Shown here piece by piece: positions 20,529-30,835 of a DNA stretch of 64,000 nt. Source of the DNA: Deferribacterales bacterium (GTDB lineage Bacteria; Chrysiogenota; Deferribacteres; Deferribacterales; Geovibrionaceae). The notes beneath the pieces are model-generated. The model saw nothing but the letters and a program-made list of their open reading frames with translations. It was not told the origin of the DNA and did not search any database. Position numbers and translations under genes: made by a program. Numbering within the stretch: the first letter of the stretch is position 1; each line of letters opens with the position of its first letter. The stretch covers positions 160,001 to 224,000 of the forward strand of contig JBFWJS010000001.1 in the NCBI GenBank assembly GCA_050253075.1, written 5' to 3'.

Positions 20529-21293
20529 TTAGTCCTCAGCGATTACAAGTGCGCCGGGGTATCTGGAGGAGACTTTAGATTTGTAGTTTTCTGCTGCACT
20601 GCGGGAATTAAATCCTGTGACCTTAACACGATAGTAAGGCTTTCCGTTCACATACGCCATAACAACCTTTGAATTGCTGATGCCGTCTGCCAGATCACGG
20701 GCGTATTCCCTCTGGCTGAATGATGCGAGCTGTACGGAGAAATGTCCGTCCACGGGGTCTTCGTCGGCTCCGTTCAAGAGCTCCAGCGTCACCCTTGTGA
20801 GCCCCTTATCCACAATGCCCAGCCTCTGTGCGCCTGTGTATGAGAGGTCGATGATGCGCCCTCTCACATGGGGGCCTCTGTCGTTTATGGAGACTATGAT
20901 GTCCCGCCCTGTCTCAAGACACCTCACGAGAACCTTGCTCCCCAGAGGGAGCTGTTTATGGGCTGCGGTCATGGCATACATATCATACTTTTCCCCGCTG
21001 GCGGTGAGCTTTCCGTGCTCTTCCTTGCCATACCAGCTGGCGAGACCTGTCTGTGTAAACGATTTAACTGATTTAAGACGATAGTATGTGACACCCCGCA
21101 CGGTGTATGGTCTGTCGAAGACTGCACCGTCCATGACAGCGCCCGCAGGGGTTCTATTACCGCTCTGCACCGTGCCGTAGCTCGAGTGTGACGGTGTGGA
21201 TGTACACGCAATAAGCAGCAGGCAGAGACTAGTCAGCCTGAGAGCTTTTGTAGATATCGGCAAGTTTTTCAGCGCCTTCTTCAATGCTGTCAT
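20529..21293 (-). CDS. rlpA: septal ring lytic transglycosylase RlpA with C-terminal SPOR domain (start uncertain)
   Basis: Lipobox LIAC; GLASWYG, TASGE, TAAHKQLP, INDRGP, RIIDLS; SPOR-like VQLASF. Confidence 0.93.
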   Translation of the reverse strand: MTALKKALKNLPISTKALRLTSLCLLLIACTSTPSHSSYGTVQSGNRTPAGAVMDGAVFDRPYTVRGVTYYRLKSVKSFTQTGLASWYGKEEHGKLTASGEKYDMYAMTAAHKQLPLGSKVLVRCLETGRDIIVSINDRGPHVRGRIIDLSYTGAQRLGIVDKGLTRVTLELLNGADEDPVDGHFSVQLASFSQREYARDLADGISNSKVVMAYVNGKPYYRVKVTGFNSRSAAENYKSKVSSRYPGALVIAED

Positions 21294-22278
21294 ACTTTAT
21301 CACATGGTCCGGTTTCTGTGGTATTGAACGCAGATAGAGCGGGTCGTAATACTCCACCAGCAGGTCACGGGTAAATGTCTCGTAGTCCTGCCTGTCAAGC
21401 ATTGCCGACAGCTCCGCCACCTTTGTATTGCCTATATAAGGCTTAAGGCGCAGGAGCGACACTCTTATCTCATCTATATATCGGTCGGGTTTATAGTTTT
21501 CTACAGTAAACGAAATGCGGAAATCAAGGCTTGTGTCTGCCACAACGCTGATCCCCGACTGCATCCTGTCGAAAATCGGGTTCGGGATGCTCACCTTTCC
21601 GATCTTTTTGCTTTCACCTTCTACTAAAAAGAGCCTCCCCCCTTTTCTATAGAATGTATGCCAAATTTTCGATTCGAAATTCTTCTGTGTGACGCTTTCA
21701 TAGTCCGGCTCGTCCACCTTGCCGAAGCTGGAGCCTTTGTGTGCGGCATGCTTCTCAAGGTCCAGCACGTTCAGCCCCTCGCTTTCCAGCCTGCGCAGTA
21801 TCTCTGTCTTTGCGCATCCTGTCGGGCCGTAAAGGTTTATGAAGCGGTATTCGGGCGGGAAGTTATCCATAAAATCCGCAACATGTATGCGGTAGCTCTT
21901 CCATCCGCCTTTTATAACGTATATCTGCATCCCTGCTATGCGCACGAGCCCCGCAGAGCTGTTGCTCCGCAGACCGCCCCGCCAGCAGTAGCAGACTGTC
22001 ATCTTATTATTCTGTTTTATCGTGAGGAACTGACGTATGAAGTCGGGCAGCTTCGGGCTGACCAGCTCCACACCGAGCATTCTGGCGTCCTTCGGGCCTT
22101 CGTGCTTATAGCAGATGCCCACCTGTTTACGCTCTTCGTCGTCGAGCAGAGGTATATTCACCGCCGTGGGGATATGATCCTCGGCAAACTCAGAGGGCGA
22201 ACGCACATCGATAAGGTTGATGCTGTCCAGCCCCTTTTCCAGAATATAGCTCAGCTCCAGCTCTTCGTTCAGGCTCAC
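21229..22278 (-). CDS. selU: tRNA 2-selenouridine synthase
   Basis: Rhodanese DVRSPSEF..HIP, CYCWRGGLRS; P-loop GPTGCAKT; DLE..A.HKGS.FG; EGESKKIG. Confidence 0.95.
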   Translation of the reverse strand: MSLNEELELSYILEKGLDSINLIDVRSPSEFAEDHIPTAVNIPLLDDEERKQVGICYKHEGPKDARMLGVELVSPKLPDFIRQFLTIKQNNKMTVCYCWRGGLRSNSSAGLVRIAGMQIYVIKGGWKSYRIHVADFMDNFPPEYRFINLYGPTGCAKTEILRRLESEGLNVLDLEKHAAHKGSSFGKVDEPDYESVTQKNFESKIWHTFYRKGGRLFLVEGESKKIGKVSIPNPIFDRMQSGISVVADTSLDFRISFTVENYKPDRYIDEIRVSLLRLKPYIGNTKVAELSAMLDRQDYETFTRDLLVEYYDPLYLRSIPQKPDHVIKYDSIEEGAEKLADIYKSSQAD

Positions 22279-23165
22279 TTGAATTTCAGTATCGTATCGA
22301 TGAAATGCTTAAGGAGTTTTTTGTTCGTTCTGTTTTTGCTGTAGACGACATAAACATCCTTTTCCACCATAAGGTCTGTGACGGGGATCGCCTTAACAGA
22401 GGAATCATGCTCCTCTTCGGCGAGAGCCATTTCAGACATGAAGGCTATACCCAGCTCACGCTTCACCGCATTACGTATGGAGAACGTACTGCTGAGAACA
22501 GCCACGGCGTTCAGACTGTCGAAGTCGTAGCCCTTGTTCTTAAAAGCGTGCTCCACTGATGCTCTGGTTCCCGAGCCCACCTCACGTGTGATGAACTCCT
22601 CGCCCAGTATCTCTTCGATAAAGACGGAGTCACGGGTATAGAATTTATGATTTTTGTGCACGATGAGCACTATCTTATCTTTGGTGAGAACCTTATACTC
22701 GATATCTTTCTTAGGTATCTTTCTCGCTACGATGGCGAGGTCGAGTATACCGTCGGAGAGCCTCTGTATAACATTCTGAGTGTTTCCGTTATCAATGGTA
22801 AAGAAGGTCTTGTAGTAGTCTTCTTTGAATTTCTTTATAACCTCGGGGAGGATGAACTCCGCAGCGACGGTGCTGTAGCCGATGTGCAGGTGTCCGCTCA
22901 CTTCGTTGAGGAACTCTTTGACCGCTTCGTGAGAACGCTCACGAAGGTCGAGTATATCGACTGCATAGGGATAAAAGACCTGCCCCGCCTCTGTCAGCAC
23001 TACTTCCTTTGAAAGTCTGTCAAAGAGCTTTACCCCGAGCTGTTCCTCAAGGGTGCTGATGTGTGTAGAGATGGTGGGCTGAGATAAAAGGAGCTTTTCC
23101 GCTGCTCTCGAAAAAGATTTGTACTTTGCCACAAATACAAATGCTTCGATCTGTTTGAAATCCAT
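22275..23165 (-). CDS. LysR family regulator, selenium-metabolism-associated type
   Basis: SFSRAAEKLLLSQPTISTHI HTH; REVGSGTR; stop overlaps selU start. Confidence 0.9.
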   Translation of the reverse strand: MDFKQIEAFVFVAKYKSFSRAAEKLLLSQPTISTHISTLEEQLGVKLFDRLSKEVVLTEAGQVFYPYAVDILDLRERSHEAVKEFLNEVSGHLHIGYSTVAAEFILPEVIKKFKEDYYKTFFTIDNGNTQNVIQRLSDGILDLAIVARKIPKKDIEYKVLTKDKIVLIVHKNHKFYTRDSVFIEEILGEEFITREVGSGTRASVEHAFKNKGYDFDSLNAVAVLSSTFSIRNAVKRELGIAFMSEMALAEEEHDSSVKAIPVTDLMVEKDVYVVYSKNRTNKKLLKHFIDTILKFK

Positions 23166-23257
23166 ATGCTTCTCCGTGTTATTATGAATCATGATAGCGA
23201 ATCAAGTAATCAACAATAGCATAATGATTAAGAAAATCAATAACGAAAATATATGAC

Positions 23258-24841
23258 TTAGTGAATATTGCTTTTGAGGCACCTATGGTTCAGCCTGTAC
23301 AGCCTCAAAGCACCGCCATCGGCATAAACCAGCCTGAAACACTGCATATCGGCAGTGCCTATAACAGCGAGTCTGAAATATACGGTATCCTCCAATGAGA
23401 TAGCCTGAGAGCTTTCAGCATTTCCAATACCTGTCAAAATCACTCCGTTTTTATCCTGTACTGCTTTATACCCCGCAGTGGTAAGCAGTCCGCTCATTTT
23501 TTTGTCCATATCAGGGGTAAAAAGGAGATAAATATGACTGCTTCCAGAAGCATCATAAAGCATATCTGCACTTGCTCTTTCATCCGTCTGAAATATGGCA
23601 TCGGCGTATGCCTTTGCCCCTTGTTTAAACTGGCTGGCTCCGTCGGCAAGGACTCTCCGCCCCGCAAGGTGCTCGATTGCAAAGCCTTTATCCCAGATGC
23701 CGGCTATCACGGCATCCTTTTCCGTGGCATCCAGATGCTTTATAAGGGCTGCCGTCTCCCTGCTCAGAGACGGCTCGGGAATGATATACAGGTTCTCATA
23801 AACCGGGATGAATATCAGACAGGCTGTCACCATCGCATATCCCAGAGCACATCGCTTCGGCAGGCATTTGTCGAACAGCACGCCTATCCCCGCACCGCAA
23901 AGGGGCGAGAGGAACATCGCAAAGCGGATACCCTTTGTAAAAGCAAAGAGGCCCAGCAGATAAAAAACAGCCATAAAAACCATATGCCGTCCGGATATCA
24001 CAGACAGCAGAAGCCCGATGACGGCGAGCCACCAGTATGTGCCCACATGCTTCATCGTTTCGGTAAACGGTAGCACAGTGAGCTCTGCAACATCGGCATA
24101 AACATGCTGTACGGATGAGCTGTCGACAAACTGAAATAAATTCATAAAACCTGAAAAGAAGACAAACGGAGAAGCAAGCACTATATAAACAAATGCCGAG
24201 AGTGATATAGTCCGCAGCCCATGAGTGCGCACGGCAAACATCAGCAGGAGAAAATACACAAGGGTGAACCCGCTGTGGAAATACCACAGCCAGAATATAT
24301 ACATGGTAATGCCCGCCAGAGCAGACCAGAGGACAGCCCGCCCCCTCTCCGCCATAAAGACGCACAGAGCACCCATAGAAAGGAAGAACAGGTTCAGCAT
24401 GTCCGTGTCTATCTGATAAGCCGACGTGCGGGACAGATAAGCAAATGACAATGCACCCAGAAGCCCTGCTCCGACACCGCTGGCGGGGTATCCCGCAAGG
24501 TAAAAGAACATCCCGAGGGGGAAGATGAACAGCCCCGACAAAAATACTGTCATGAGACTGCCTGCCCTCTCAAATGACAAGCCCGAAACACCGCTGACAG
24601 CGGATATCGTCCTGCTGATAAGGGGCACTGCGGGAGGTTTCGACGCAGGGGAAAGAGTATCATCACCTTTTACATATGAGCCTTCGGATATTTCCTTTGC
24701 AAAGCGCACCCAGCGGTATCCGTCGTCTGTGGTCAGCACTGTCTCCCCGATGGAGAGAACCTCATGCTGGTGAAGCCGAACACCCGTGGAAAAGCCGTAT
24801 ATAAGAACTAAAAATAAAATAAAAACACTAAGTCTCTTCAT
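23258..24841 (-). CDS. STT3/PglB-like GT-C oligosaccharyltransferase homologue
   Basis: TTDDGY, RT..DTDML, VAEL, IRF, IWDKG, LADG motifs in PglB order; multiple TM helices. Confidence 0.8.
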   Translation of the reverse strand: MKRLSVFILFLVLIYGFSTGVRLHQHEVLSIGETVLTTDDGYRWVRFAKEISEGSYVKGDDTLSPASKPPAVPLISRTISAVSGVSGLSFERAGSLMTVFLSGLFIFPLGMFFYLAGYPASGVGAGLLGALSFAYLSRTSAYQIDTDMLNLFFLSMGALCVFMAERGRAVLWSALAGITMYIFWLWYFHSGFTLVYFLLLMFAVRTHGLRTISLSAFVYIVLASPFVFFSGFMNLFQFVDSSSVQHVYADVAELTVLPFTETMKHVGTYWWLAVIGLLLSVISGRHMVFMAVFYLLGLFAFTKGIRFAMFLSPLCGAGIGVLFDKCLPKRCALGYAMVTACLIFIPVYENLYIIPEPSLSRETAALIKHLDATEKDAVIAGIWDKGFAIEHLAGRRVLADGASQFKQGAKAYADAIFQTDERASADMLYDASGSSHIYLLFTPDMDKKMSGLLTTAGYKAVQDKNGVILTGIGNAESSQAISLEDTVYFRLAVIGTADMQCFRLVYADGGALRLYRLNHRCLKSNIH

Positions 24842-24852
24842 ATTTGTCTGTG

Positions 24853-24876
24853 AAAAAAGGGGGCTCATGCCCCCTT
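24853..24876 (-). terminator. intrinsic terminator of pepA
   Basis: Minus strand AAGGGGGC-ATGA-GCCCCCTTTTTT. Confidence 0.85.
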
Positions 24877-24881
24877 ATAAA

Positions 24882-26378
24882 TTACTCTGCTGTATAGTTT
24901 GTCTTAAGAAACTCTGCGATGAGTCTCACACCGAATCCCGTGGCATGCTTGCCGAAAACGGGGTGCGGTTCGTTAAGGTATGCCGGCCCTGCGATGTCGA
25001 GGTGTATCCACGGCCAGTTGTCCACAAATTCCTGAAGGAAAAGCCCTGCTATGGTAGAGCCGGCCTCACCCTTCTGCTTTGCTATGTTGCGCAGGTCTGC
25101 GATGTCACTCTTTATGCGTCCTTCGTATGCCTCCAGAAGCGGAAGCTCCCATATATCTTCGCCCAGCTCGCCTGAAACATCAGATATATTTTTTGCGAGG
25201 AACTTTCTGTTGCTGAAGAGCCCCGCACAGTGAGAGCCGAGTGCGACGATACATGCACCTGTCAGTGTCGCAACGTCTATGATGACCTCAGGGTCTGTCT
25301 TTGTCGCTTCATACAGAGCATCGGCAAGGATCAGCCTGCCCTCTGCGTCTGTGTTTAGTATCTCTATGGTCTTACCCATTTTGCTGGTGAGTATATCGCC
25401 CGGCTTGTATGCACATGTGCCGATGATGTTTTCCACCAGAGGGATATATGTCTTTATATTCACAGCCATGTTTGTATCCGCTGCGAGCTTTGTCACGGCG
25501 AGCACTGTCGCACCGCCCGACATATCTGTTTTCATATCTTCGATAGAGCCTGTCGGCTTCAGGTTTGAACCGCCAGAGTCGAATGTCACGCCTTTACCCA
25601 CGAGGGCTACGTGCTGCTCTGTTGCCGGTGCACCGTTGTATTCCAGCTTGAGGAAACGGGGGAGGTTTGTGCTCCCTTTACCCACTGCGTATACGAGCGG
25701 ATAGTCCTTTTTCAGCACTTCGATGTCATCGATGACGCTTACTTTCAGCTTGTCGTCTGCGAGCTCCAGAGCCTTTTCGGCGAATATCTCAGGCGTCATG
25801 TCCGCAGGGGGAGTGTTGATGAGGTCTTTCGCCAGATAGATAGACTCGAAAACAGAGTTCCACCCGTCTGCACTGTCGTCCACGAACCTTTTCAGCTTTG
25901 TGAATGCGGTGATGACCTCTACCTCTTCGAACTGATAGTGCTTCTCCTGCCTGCTTTTGAAAGTATCGAAGCTGTACTGACCGAAGAAGAGACCGTCGAT
26001 GAACGACTTTGTAAAGTTTACGTCCTTTTTCTCCATATATATATCTTCGAATGAGAGGAGGGAAAAGGATGTGATGCGCTCCGCCTTAAGGAGCTTTGCG
26101 AAGCTGCTGCCGAGCTCGGTATAGTATCTGTAGCCCGCAGGGTCTTTCGGCACCGTGACTATATATACTTTTTTCAGCTTTCCGCCTATTTCCATGAAAA
26201 ATCCGGTAAATTCCTTCTCTTCGAATGAAAAATAGTCGGATGACATTACATTATTTATCTCGTCTTCTATCTTTTTACCTGTAAGGGGCTTAAGAGAGCG
26301 CATGTTCCTGTAAACAGGGATAAGAATTGCATCTTTTTTGGAATTCAGCGCCGTCTTTTTTCTGCAAGAAATCTTCAT
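24882..26378 (-). CDS. pepA: leucyl aminopeptidase (M17)
   Basis: VGKGVTFDSGG, MKTDMSG, NTDAEGRL, ATLTGA, WIHLDIAG. Confidence 0.96.
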   Translation of the reverse strand: MKISCRKKTALNSKKDAILIPVYRNMRSLKPLTGKKIEDEINNVMSSDYFSFEEKEFTGFFMEIGGKLKKVYIVTVPKDPAGYRYYTELGSSFAKLLKAERITSFSLLSFEDIYMEKKDVNFTKSFIDGLFFGQYSFDTFKSRQEKHYQFEEVEVITAFTKLKRFVDDSADGWNSVFESIYLAKDLINTPPADMTPEIFAEKALELADDKLKVSVIDDIEVLKKDYPLVYAVGKGSTNLPRFLKLEYNGAPATEQHVALVGKGVTFDSGGSNLKPTGSIEDMKTDMSGGATVLAVTKLAADTNMAVNIKTYIPLVENIIGTCAYKPGDILTSKMGKTIEILNTDAEGRLILADALYEATKTDPEVIIDVATLTGACIVALGSHCAGLFSNRKFLAKNISDVSGELGEDIWELPLLEAYEGRIKSDIADLRNIAKQKGEAGSTIAGLFLQEFVDNWPWIHLDIAGPAYLNEPHPVFGKHATGFGVRLIAEFLKTNYTAE

Positions 26379-26484
26379 TTAAACTAACCTCGTTGTAAGT
26401 TGGAGTAATTTCATACTATTAAGCTACTTTTTACCTAACATTTCAAGTGGAAAGAAATATGTAATATTTTTTTAAATTTATATG

Positions 26485-26513
26485 TTGACATAGGAATCAA
26501 AAGTTGATAATCT
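26485..26513 (+). promoter_or_regulatory. sigma70-type promoter of tRNA-fMet
   Basis: TTGACA-17bp-TAATCT with an AT-rich upstream element, 13 nt before the tRNA. Confidence 0.75.
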
Positions 26514-26526
26514 TCCATTCCCTTGA

Positions 26527-26603
<77 letters not shown>

Positions 26604-26611
26604 AAAATAAC

Positions 26612-26638
26612 AGCCCACCCTTAACAGGTGGGCTTTTT
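26612..26638 (+). terminator. intrinsic terminator after the tRNA
   Basis: AGCCCACC-CTTAACA-GGTGGGCT followed by T run. Confidence 0.85.
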
Positions 26639-26671
26639 GCTTTTAAGGGTTTATTTTCAGGCGGTGTGCTT

Positions 26672-27550
26672 ATGAGCAACGGTATGCTGTACTTTTTCCT
26701 CACCCTCGGCATGATATGCTGGGGCGAATCATGGATATCTGCAAAACTACTCGCAGGGATAGCGACACCCGAGGCACTTGTCTTCTGGCGTTTTTTCATA
26801 ACATGGCTTACGTTCATTCCGGTGCTTTACCTTTTTAAACAGCCTTTCAAAATAAACATAAAAGGACTGACAGTGGCCGCGCTCACTGCTCTGCTCATGG
26901 TTTTCTACAACGAAATGTTCTTCAGAGGACTAGTGGACGGACTGGCAGGGGCGGGAGGCATACTCGTCACAACTCTTGTACCGATACTCACATTCGGCAT
27001 AGGGTGCATCATCACTCTGAAAGCGCCGACGCTGAAAGATACATTCGGGCTTCTGCTCGGTCTCACGGGTGCTGCCATCATCATGCAGATATGGCATCTC
27101 GACATACACCTGCTCTTTAAAAGCGGGAACGCATACTTCCTTCTGGCTGCACTATCATGGGCAAGCCTCACACACCTGAGCACTAAGGCGAGGGAATACA
27201 CATCTGCATACACTTTTAGTTTTTACCTGTTTCTGCTGACTGCTGTTTTTGACCTGATAATGGTTTATACCACGGGAGGGACAGTGGCAGTGGTCGCCAA
27301 TGACACATTCGTATTGAATATCATTCTGATAGCCGTGGGAGCCACGACATTCGGCACTACGATATACTTCATCGCCGCATCCCGTCTCGGCGGGCAAAAG
27401 GCGAGCTCGTTCATATTTCTAGTTCCGCTGAACGCACTGGTGATGAGCTATGTCTTCCTCGACGAGCCTATCACGCTGAACACTGTCGTGGGCGGTCTTT
27501 CAGCTATCACTGCCGTGTATCTGATCAACCACCGCAGGAAGGCTAGATAA
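26672..27550 (+). CDS. DMT/EamA family transporter
   Basis: ~10 TM; ICWGESW..K, FWRF, ASSFIFLVP, FLDE; start at ATG 26672. Confidence 0.9.
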   Translation: MSNGMLYFFLTLGMICWGESWISAKLLAGIATPEALVFWRFFITWLTFIPVLYLFKQPFKINIKGLTVAALTALLMVFYNEMFFRGLVDGLAGAGGILVTTLVPILTFGIGCIITLKAPTLKDTFGLLLGLTGAAIIMQIWHLDIHLLFKSGNAYFLLAALSWASLTHLSTKAREYTSAYTFSFYLFLLTAVFDLIMVYTTGGTVAVVANDTFVLNIILIAVGATTFGTTIYFIAASRLGGQKASSFIFLVPLNALVMSYVFLDEPITLNTVVGGLSAITAVYLINHRRKAR

Positions 27551-29003
27551 ACATATCCGAGGCAGATTTCGCTATTGAGCTGTAGAGGTTCATATATTCC
27601 TTAGCGGAATTTTCCCAGCTATAGTCCTTTTTCATCGCCCGTTTCTGCATTATCTCTATGTGCTCGGGTCTGTCGTAATATGTGCTGACAGCCCATCCTA
27701 TCGTATCGAAAAGTGCTCCTGAGCTTATGGCATAGAATTTAAAGCCTGTCCCTTCGGCCGTCTGCTCGTCATAATTATCAACAGTGTCGTCCAGCCCGCC
27801 TGTGGCACGCACCAGAGGCAGTGTGCCGTATGCGAGGGAATACATCTGGTTCAGCCCGCAGGGTTCATAAAGGGAAGGCATGAGAAAGAAATCCGCCCCG
27901 GCCTCTACAAGGTGCGCCAGCTCCTCGCTGTATCCTATATAGCTCCCGCATTCACCGGGAAATCTGCCCGGCAGATTACCGAAGAAGTCCTCATACTGCT
28001 GTTCGCCCGAACCGACGACGACAAACTGACAAGCCATCTCCAGCACGGCACGCTCTATGGCGGGCTGCATGAGATACATTCCCTTCTGATCGGCGAAACG
28101 CCCCACAAAGCCGAACAGCGCAACGCTCGGGTCTACTGTCAGCCCGAAACGTTTCTGAAGCTCCTGCTTGTTCTTAGCCTTTTTAGCCAGTGATTTATAT
28201 GTATAATTCTGCGGAATGTACTTATCCTTCGCAGGGTTCCACACGTCTGTGTCTATGCCGTTCAGTATGCCGCTGAGGTCGCCCCCTCTATGGTTCAGTA
28301 TGTCGTGCAAACCCGACGAGCCTATCGGCCCTCTGATCTCTTCTGCGTATTTGGGGCTGACGGTGGTTATCTTGTCAGCGAATGCTATCCCGCCTTTCAG
28401 CAGGTTCACATCGTTGAATGACTCGAACGCCATAGGGTGCATATCCTCGTCCATGATGCCTGCGTAATCCCTGAATTCTCCGCCGTATATGCCCTGATAG
28501 CCTATGTTGTGTATGGTCAGCACGGATGCAGTGTCTGCAAAGTAAGGGTCAAAGTGCTTCTTAAGGTAATAAGGCACCAGAGCCGTCTGCCAGTCATTTG
28601 CGTGCATTACATCAGGTACGAATTTAATATCCTTCGCCACCTGAAAAGCCGCCTTCGAGAGGAAGCTGAAACGGTACGGATTATCCCCGTATTCGCCCGC
28701 TTTGGTATGATAAATGCCTTCACGGCTGAAATATTTGTCAAATTTTATAAAGTAGAAGTCCACCCCGCCGTCTTTGGCATGGTGGAGAGAGTAGAACTCT
28801 TCGCAGTTCCCCATGTGTACACAGCACCCCGTCATAAGCTCTGTTATGCCGTATTTCACCGTGTCGATGGAGCTGTAAAGGGGCATTACGACCTTTACGT
28901 CATTTGTTCCCGAGAGAGCCTTTGGAAGGGCAGAGCAGACATCCGCCAGACCGCCTGTCTTTGCGTATGGAGCGGCTTCGCTTGTGACAAACATTATGTT
29001 CAT
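27543..29003 (-). CDS. glgA: glycogen synthase
   Basis: SEAAPYAKTGGLADV, HANDWQT, TIHNIGYQG, PSLYEPCGLNQ. Confidence 0.97.
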   Translation of the reverse strand: MNIMFVTSEAAPYAKTGGLADVCSALPKALSGTNDVKVVMPLYSSIDTVKYGITELMTGCCVHMGNCEEFYSLHHAKDGGVDFYFIKFDKYFSREGIYHTKAGEYGDNPYRFSFLSKAAFQVAKDIKFVPDVMHANDWQTALVPYYLKKHFDPYFADTASVLTIHNIGYQGIYGGEFRDYAGIMDEDMHPMAFESFNDVNLLKGGIAFADKITTVSPKYAEEIRGPIGSSGLHDILNHRGGDLSGILNGIDTDVWNPAKDKYIPQNYTYKSLAKKAKNKQELQKRFGLTVDPSVALFGFVGRFADQKGMYLMQPAIERAVLEMACQFVVVGSGEQQYEDFFGNLPGRFPGECGSYIGYSEELAHLVEAGADFFLMPSLYEPCGLNQMYSLAYGTLPLVRATGGLDDTVDNYDEQTAEGTGFKFYAISSGALFDTIGWAVSTYYDRPEHIEIMQKRAMKKDYSWENSAKEYMNLYSSIAKSASDMFI

Positions 29004-29083
29004 ATGTGACCCCGTGATGAGTTAATACATCTAAGGTTTAACGCATTTTAGAAGGGATGTCTAGGGAAGTGGAAGAATTATTC

Positions 29084-29146
29084 ATCATTCTGAACGGAGT
29101 GAAGAATCTGATCGACACAGATCCTTCGCCCCCGCTCAGGATGACA
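29084..29146. repeat. GTC-tagged palindromic repeat, inverted pair
   Basis: ATCATTCTGAACGGAGTGAAGAATCTG spacer CAGATCCTTCG..CTCAGGATGACA. Confidence 0.82.
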
Positions 29147-29156
29147 TATTTGTTTA

Positions 29157-30044
29157 TTACTTTTCAGCCTTTACTGTCTGGCTGAGGATATTTTCAGCTA
29201 TGGCTTTGAATGCCTGTGCAGTAGGTGTATCCGTCACTTCGAGCACATAAGGCTTTCCGCTGTCGCCCTGTACCACGACCATAGGGTCGATAGGCACTCG
29301 TCCGAGGAAGTTAACTTCCATCTCGCCCGCAGCCTTTTCACCGCCGCCAGATTTAAACAGGTCTACTGTCTCGCCGCAGTGAGGGCATACCATGCCGGAC
29401 ATGTTCTCAACTATGCCGTATATCGGGATGTTGAGCTTACGTGCGAATGTCACAGACTTTCTGGAGTCGAGGAGCGCAACTTCCTGTGGTGTTGTCACGA
29501 TGACAGTACCGTCCACATTCCCCTTGCCGATGATGTGAGCCACGGAAAGAGGCTCGTCGCCTGTGCCGGGCGGAAGGTCGATGATGAGGAAATCAAGGTC
29601 GCCCCATTCCACATCGCTCATGAACTGCTCTATCATGCCGTGCTTCACAGGTGCACGCCAGATGACAGCATCGTCGTCGTCACGCACGAGGAAACCGACA
29701 GACATAACTTTCAGTCCTTCTACAGCCTCGAAAGGAACAAGCCCTTCTTCGCTGGACTGAACGCCCTTTTGTGTCATGCCGAACATTTTCGGAATGTTTG
29801 GTCCGTGGATGTCCGCATCGAGGATACCTACGGAAAAACCGAGGGCGTGGAGAGCAGATGCAAGGCTGACGCTGACGGTAGATTTACCTACGCCCCCCTT
29901 ACCGCTCATGACCATTATCTTATATTTTATTTTCGACAGTCTAGCAGTCAGCATAGCTTGGGTATGCTGCTTTTTCTCGTCTGCATCACAGGAACCCTGT
30001 GTATTGCACGAGCTGCATGAGCTGCCTGAATCACAACTACTCAT
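29157..30044 (-). CDS. mrp: Mrp/NBP35 (ApbC) Fe-S carrier ATPase
   Basis: SGKGGVGKST, DADIHGP, DLPPGTGD, VTTPQ, ENMS..CPHC; Cys-rich N-terminus. Confidence 0.95.
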   Translation of the reverse strand: MSSCDSGSSCSSCNTQGSCDADEKKQHTQAMLTARLSKIKYKIMVMSGKGGVGKSTVSVSLASALHALGFSVGILDADIHGPNIPKMFGMTQKGVQSSEEGLVPFEAVEGLKVMSVGFLVRDDDDAVIWRAPVKHGMIEQFMSDVEWGDLDFLIIDLPPGTGDEPLSVAHIIGKGNVDGTVIVTTPQEVALLDSRKSVTFARKLNIPIYGIVENMSGMVCPHCGETVDLFKSGGGEKAAGEMEVNFLGRVPIDPMVVVQGDSGKPYVLEVTDTPTAQAFKAIAENILSQTVKAEK

Positions 30045-30202
30045 GGAGTACCTCCGTTTGTTTAGGGTCAGTTTTCAAATATATAAACAATCGAATATTA
30101 TTACCAGAAGTTTTTCAATATTCTAATTTCGGTGTAAATAGATATTTTTATTGCCTGTTTTATTCTTAGAAGTTAAAATAGTTTGTAAGAGAAGGTATTT
30201 GA

Positions 30203-30613
30203 ATGAACACTGATTACATAAAAGATGTTGAGCTGCTGAAGCAGTTCTCTGTGATGCATGTTGAGGACGACACCAGCGTAAGGGAGAGCCTTATGCGTTT
30301 CCTCAAGAGACGCTTCGACAGCATTTACTCCGCAAAAGACGGCGCAGAGGGGCTGGAGCTATATATTCAGCACAAACCCGACATAGTAATAACAGACATC
30401 CAGATGCCTGTTATGGACGGTGTGGAGATGTCCCGCCGTATCAAAGAGCTGAATCCCGACGCTCTCATAATCGTCACCACCGCATTCAACGAAAAGCCTT
30501 ATATGCAGAAAACTCATGAGATCGGCATCACCGATTATCTGAAAAAGCCCGTCGTTAAAGACGACCTTATGCAGGCTCTCCGCAGATGCGCAGAAGTCCT
30601 TCTTAAGAAATAA
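30203..30613 (+). CDS. single-domain response regulator
   Basis: VEDD, ITDIQMPVMDG, TTA, KKP receiver motifs; no output domain. Confidence 0.92.
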   Translation: MNTDYIKDVELLKQFSVMHVEDDTSVRESLMRFLKRRFDSIYSAKDGAEGLELYIQHKPDIVITDIQMPVMDGVEMSRRIKELNPDALIIVTTAFNEKPYMQKTHEIGITDYLKKPVVKDDLMQALRRCAEVLLKK

Positions 30614-30634
30614 CCAACGCCAACCAACCCCAGA

Positions 30635-30835
30635 TCAACCGCCGCCTACGAATCTGATGAGTTCTATGGTGTCGCCGTCGGCAGTCTTTATCTTTCCGTA
30701 TTCGGATTTATCAGGCAGGTCGCCGTTTATCTCAACGACCACCGTCTCTCTGTTCATATCATATTTTTCTATCAGGTCGTTCAGAGTGAGAGCCTTTTCC
30801 AGCTCTACCTGTTCTCCGTTTAGCTGTATCTTCAT
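30635..30835 (-). CDS. thiS: sulfur carrier protein ThiS
   Basis: 66 aa; LNGE, VVEING, C-terminal FVGGG. Confidence 0.93.
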   Translation of the reverse strand: MKIQLNGEQVELEKALTLNDLIEKYDMNRETVVVEINGDLPDKSEYGKIKTADGDTIELIRFVGGG

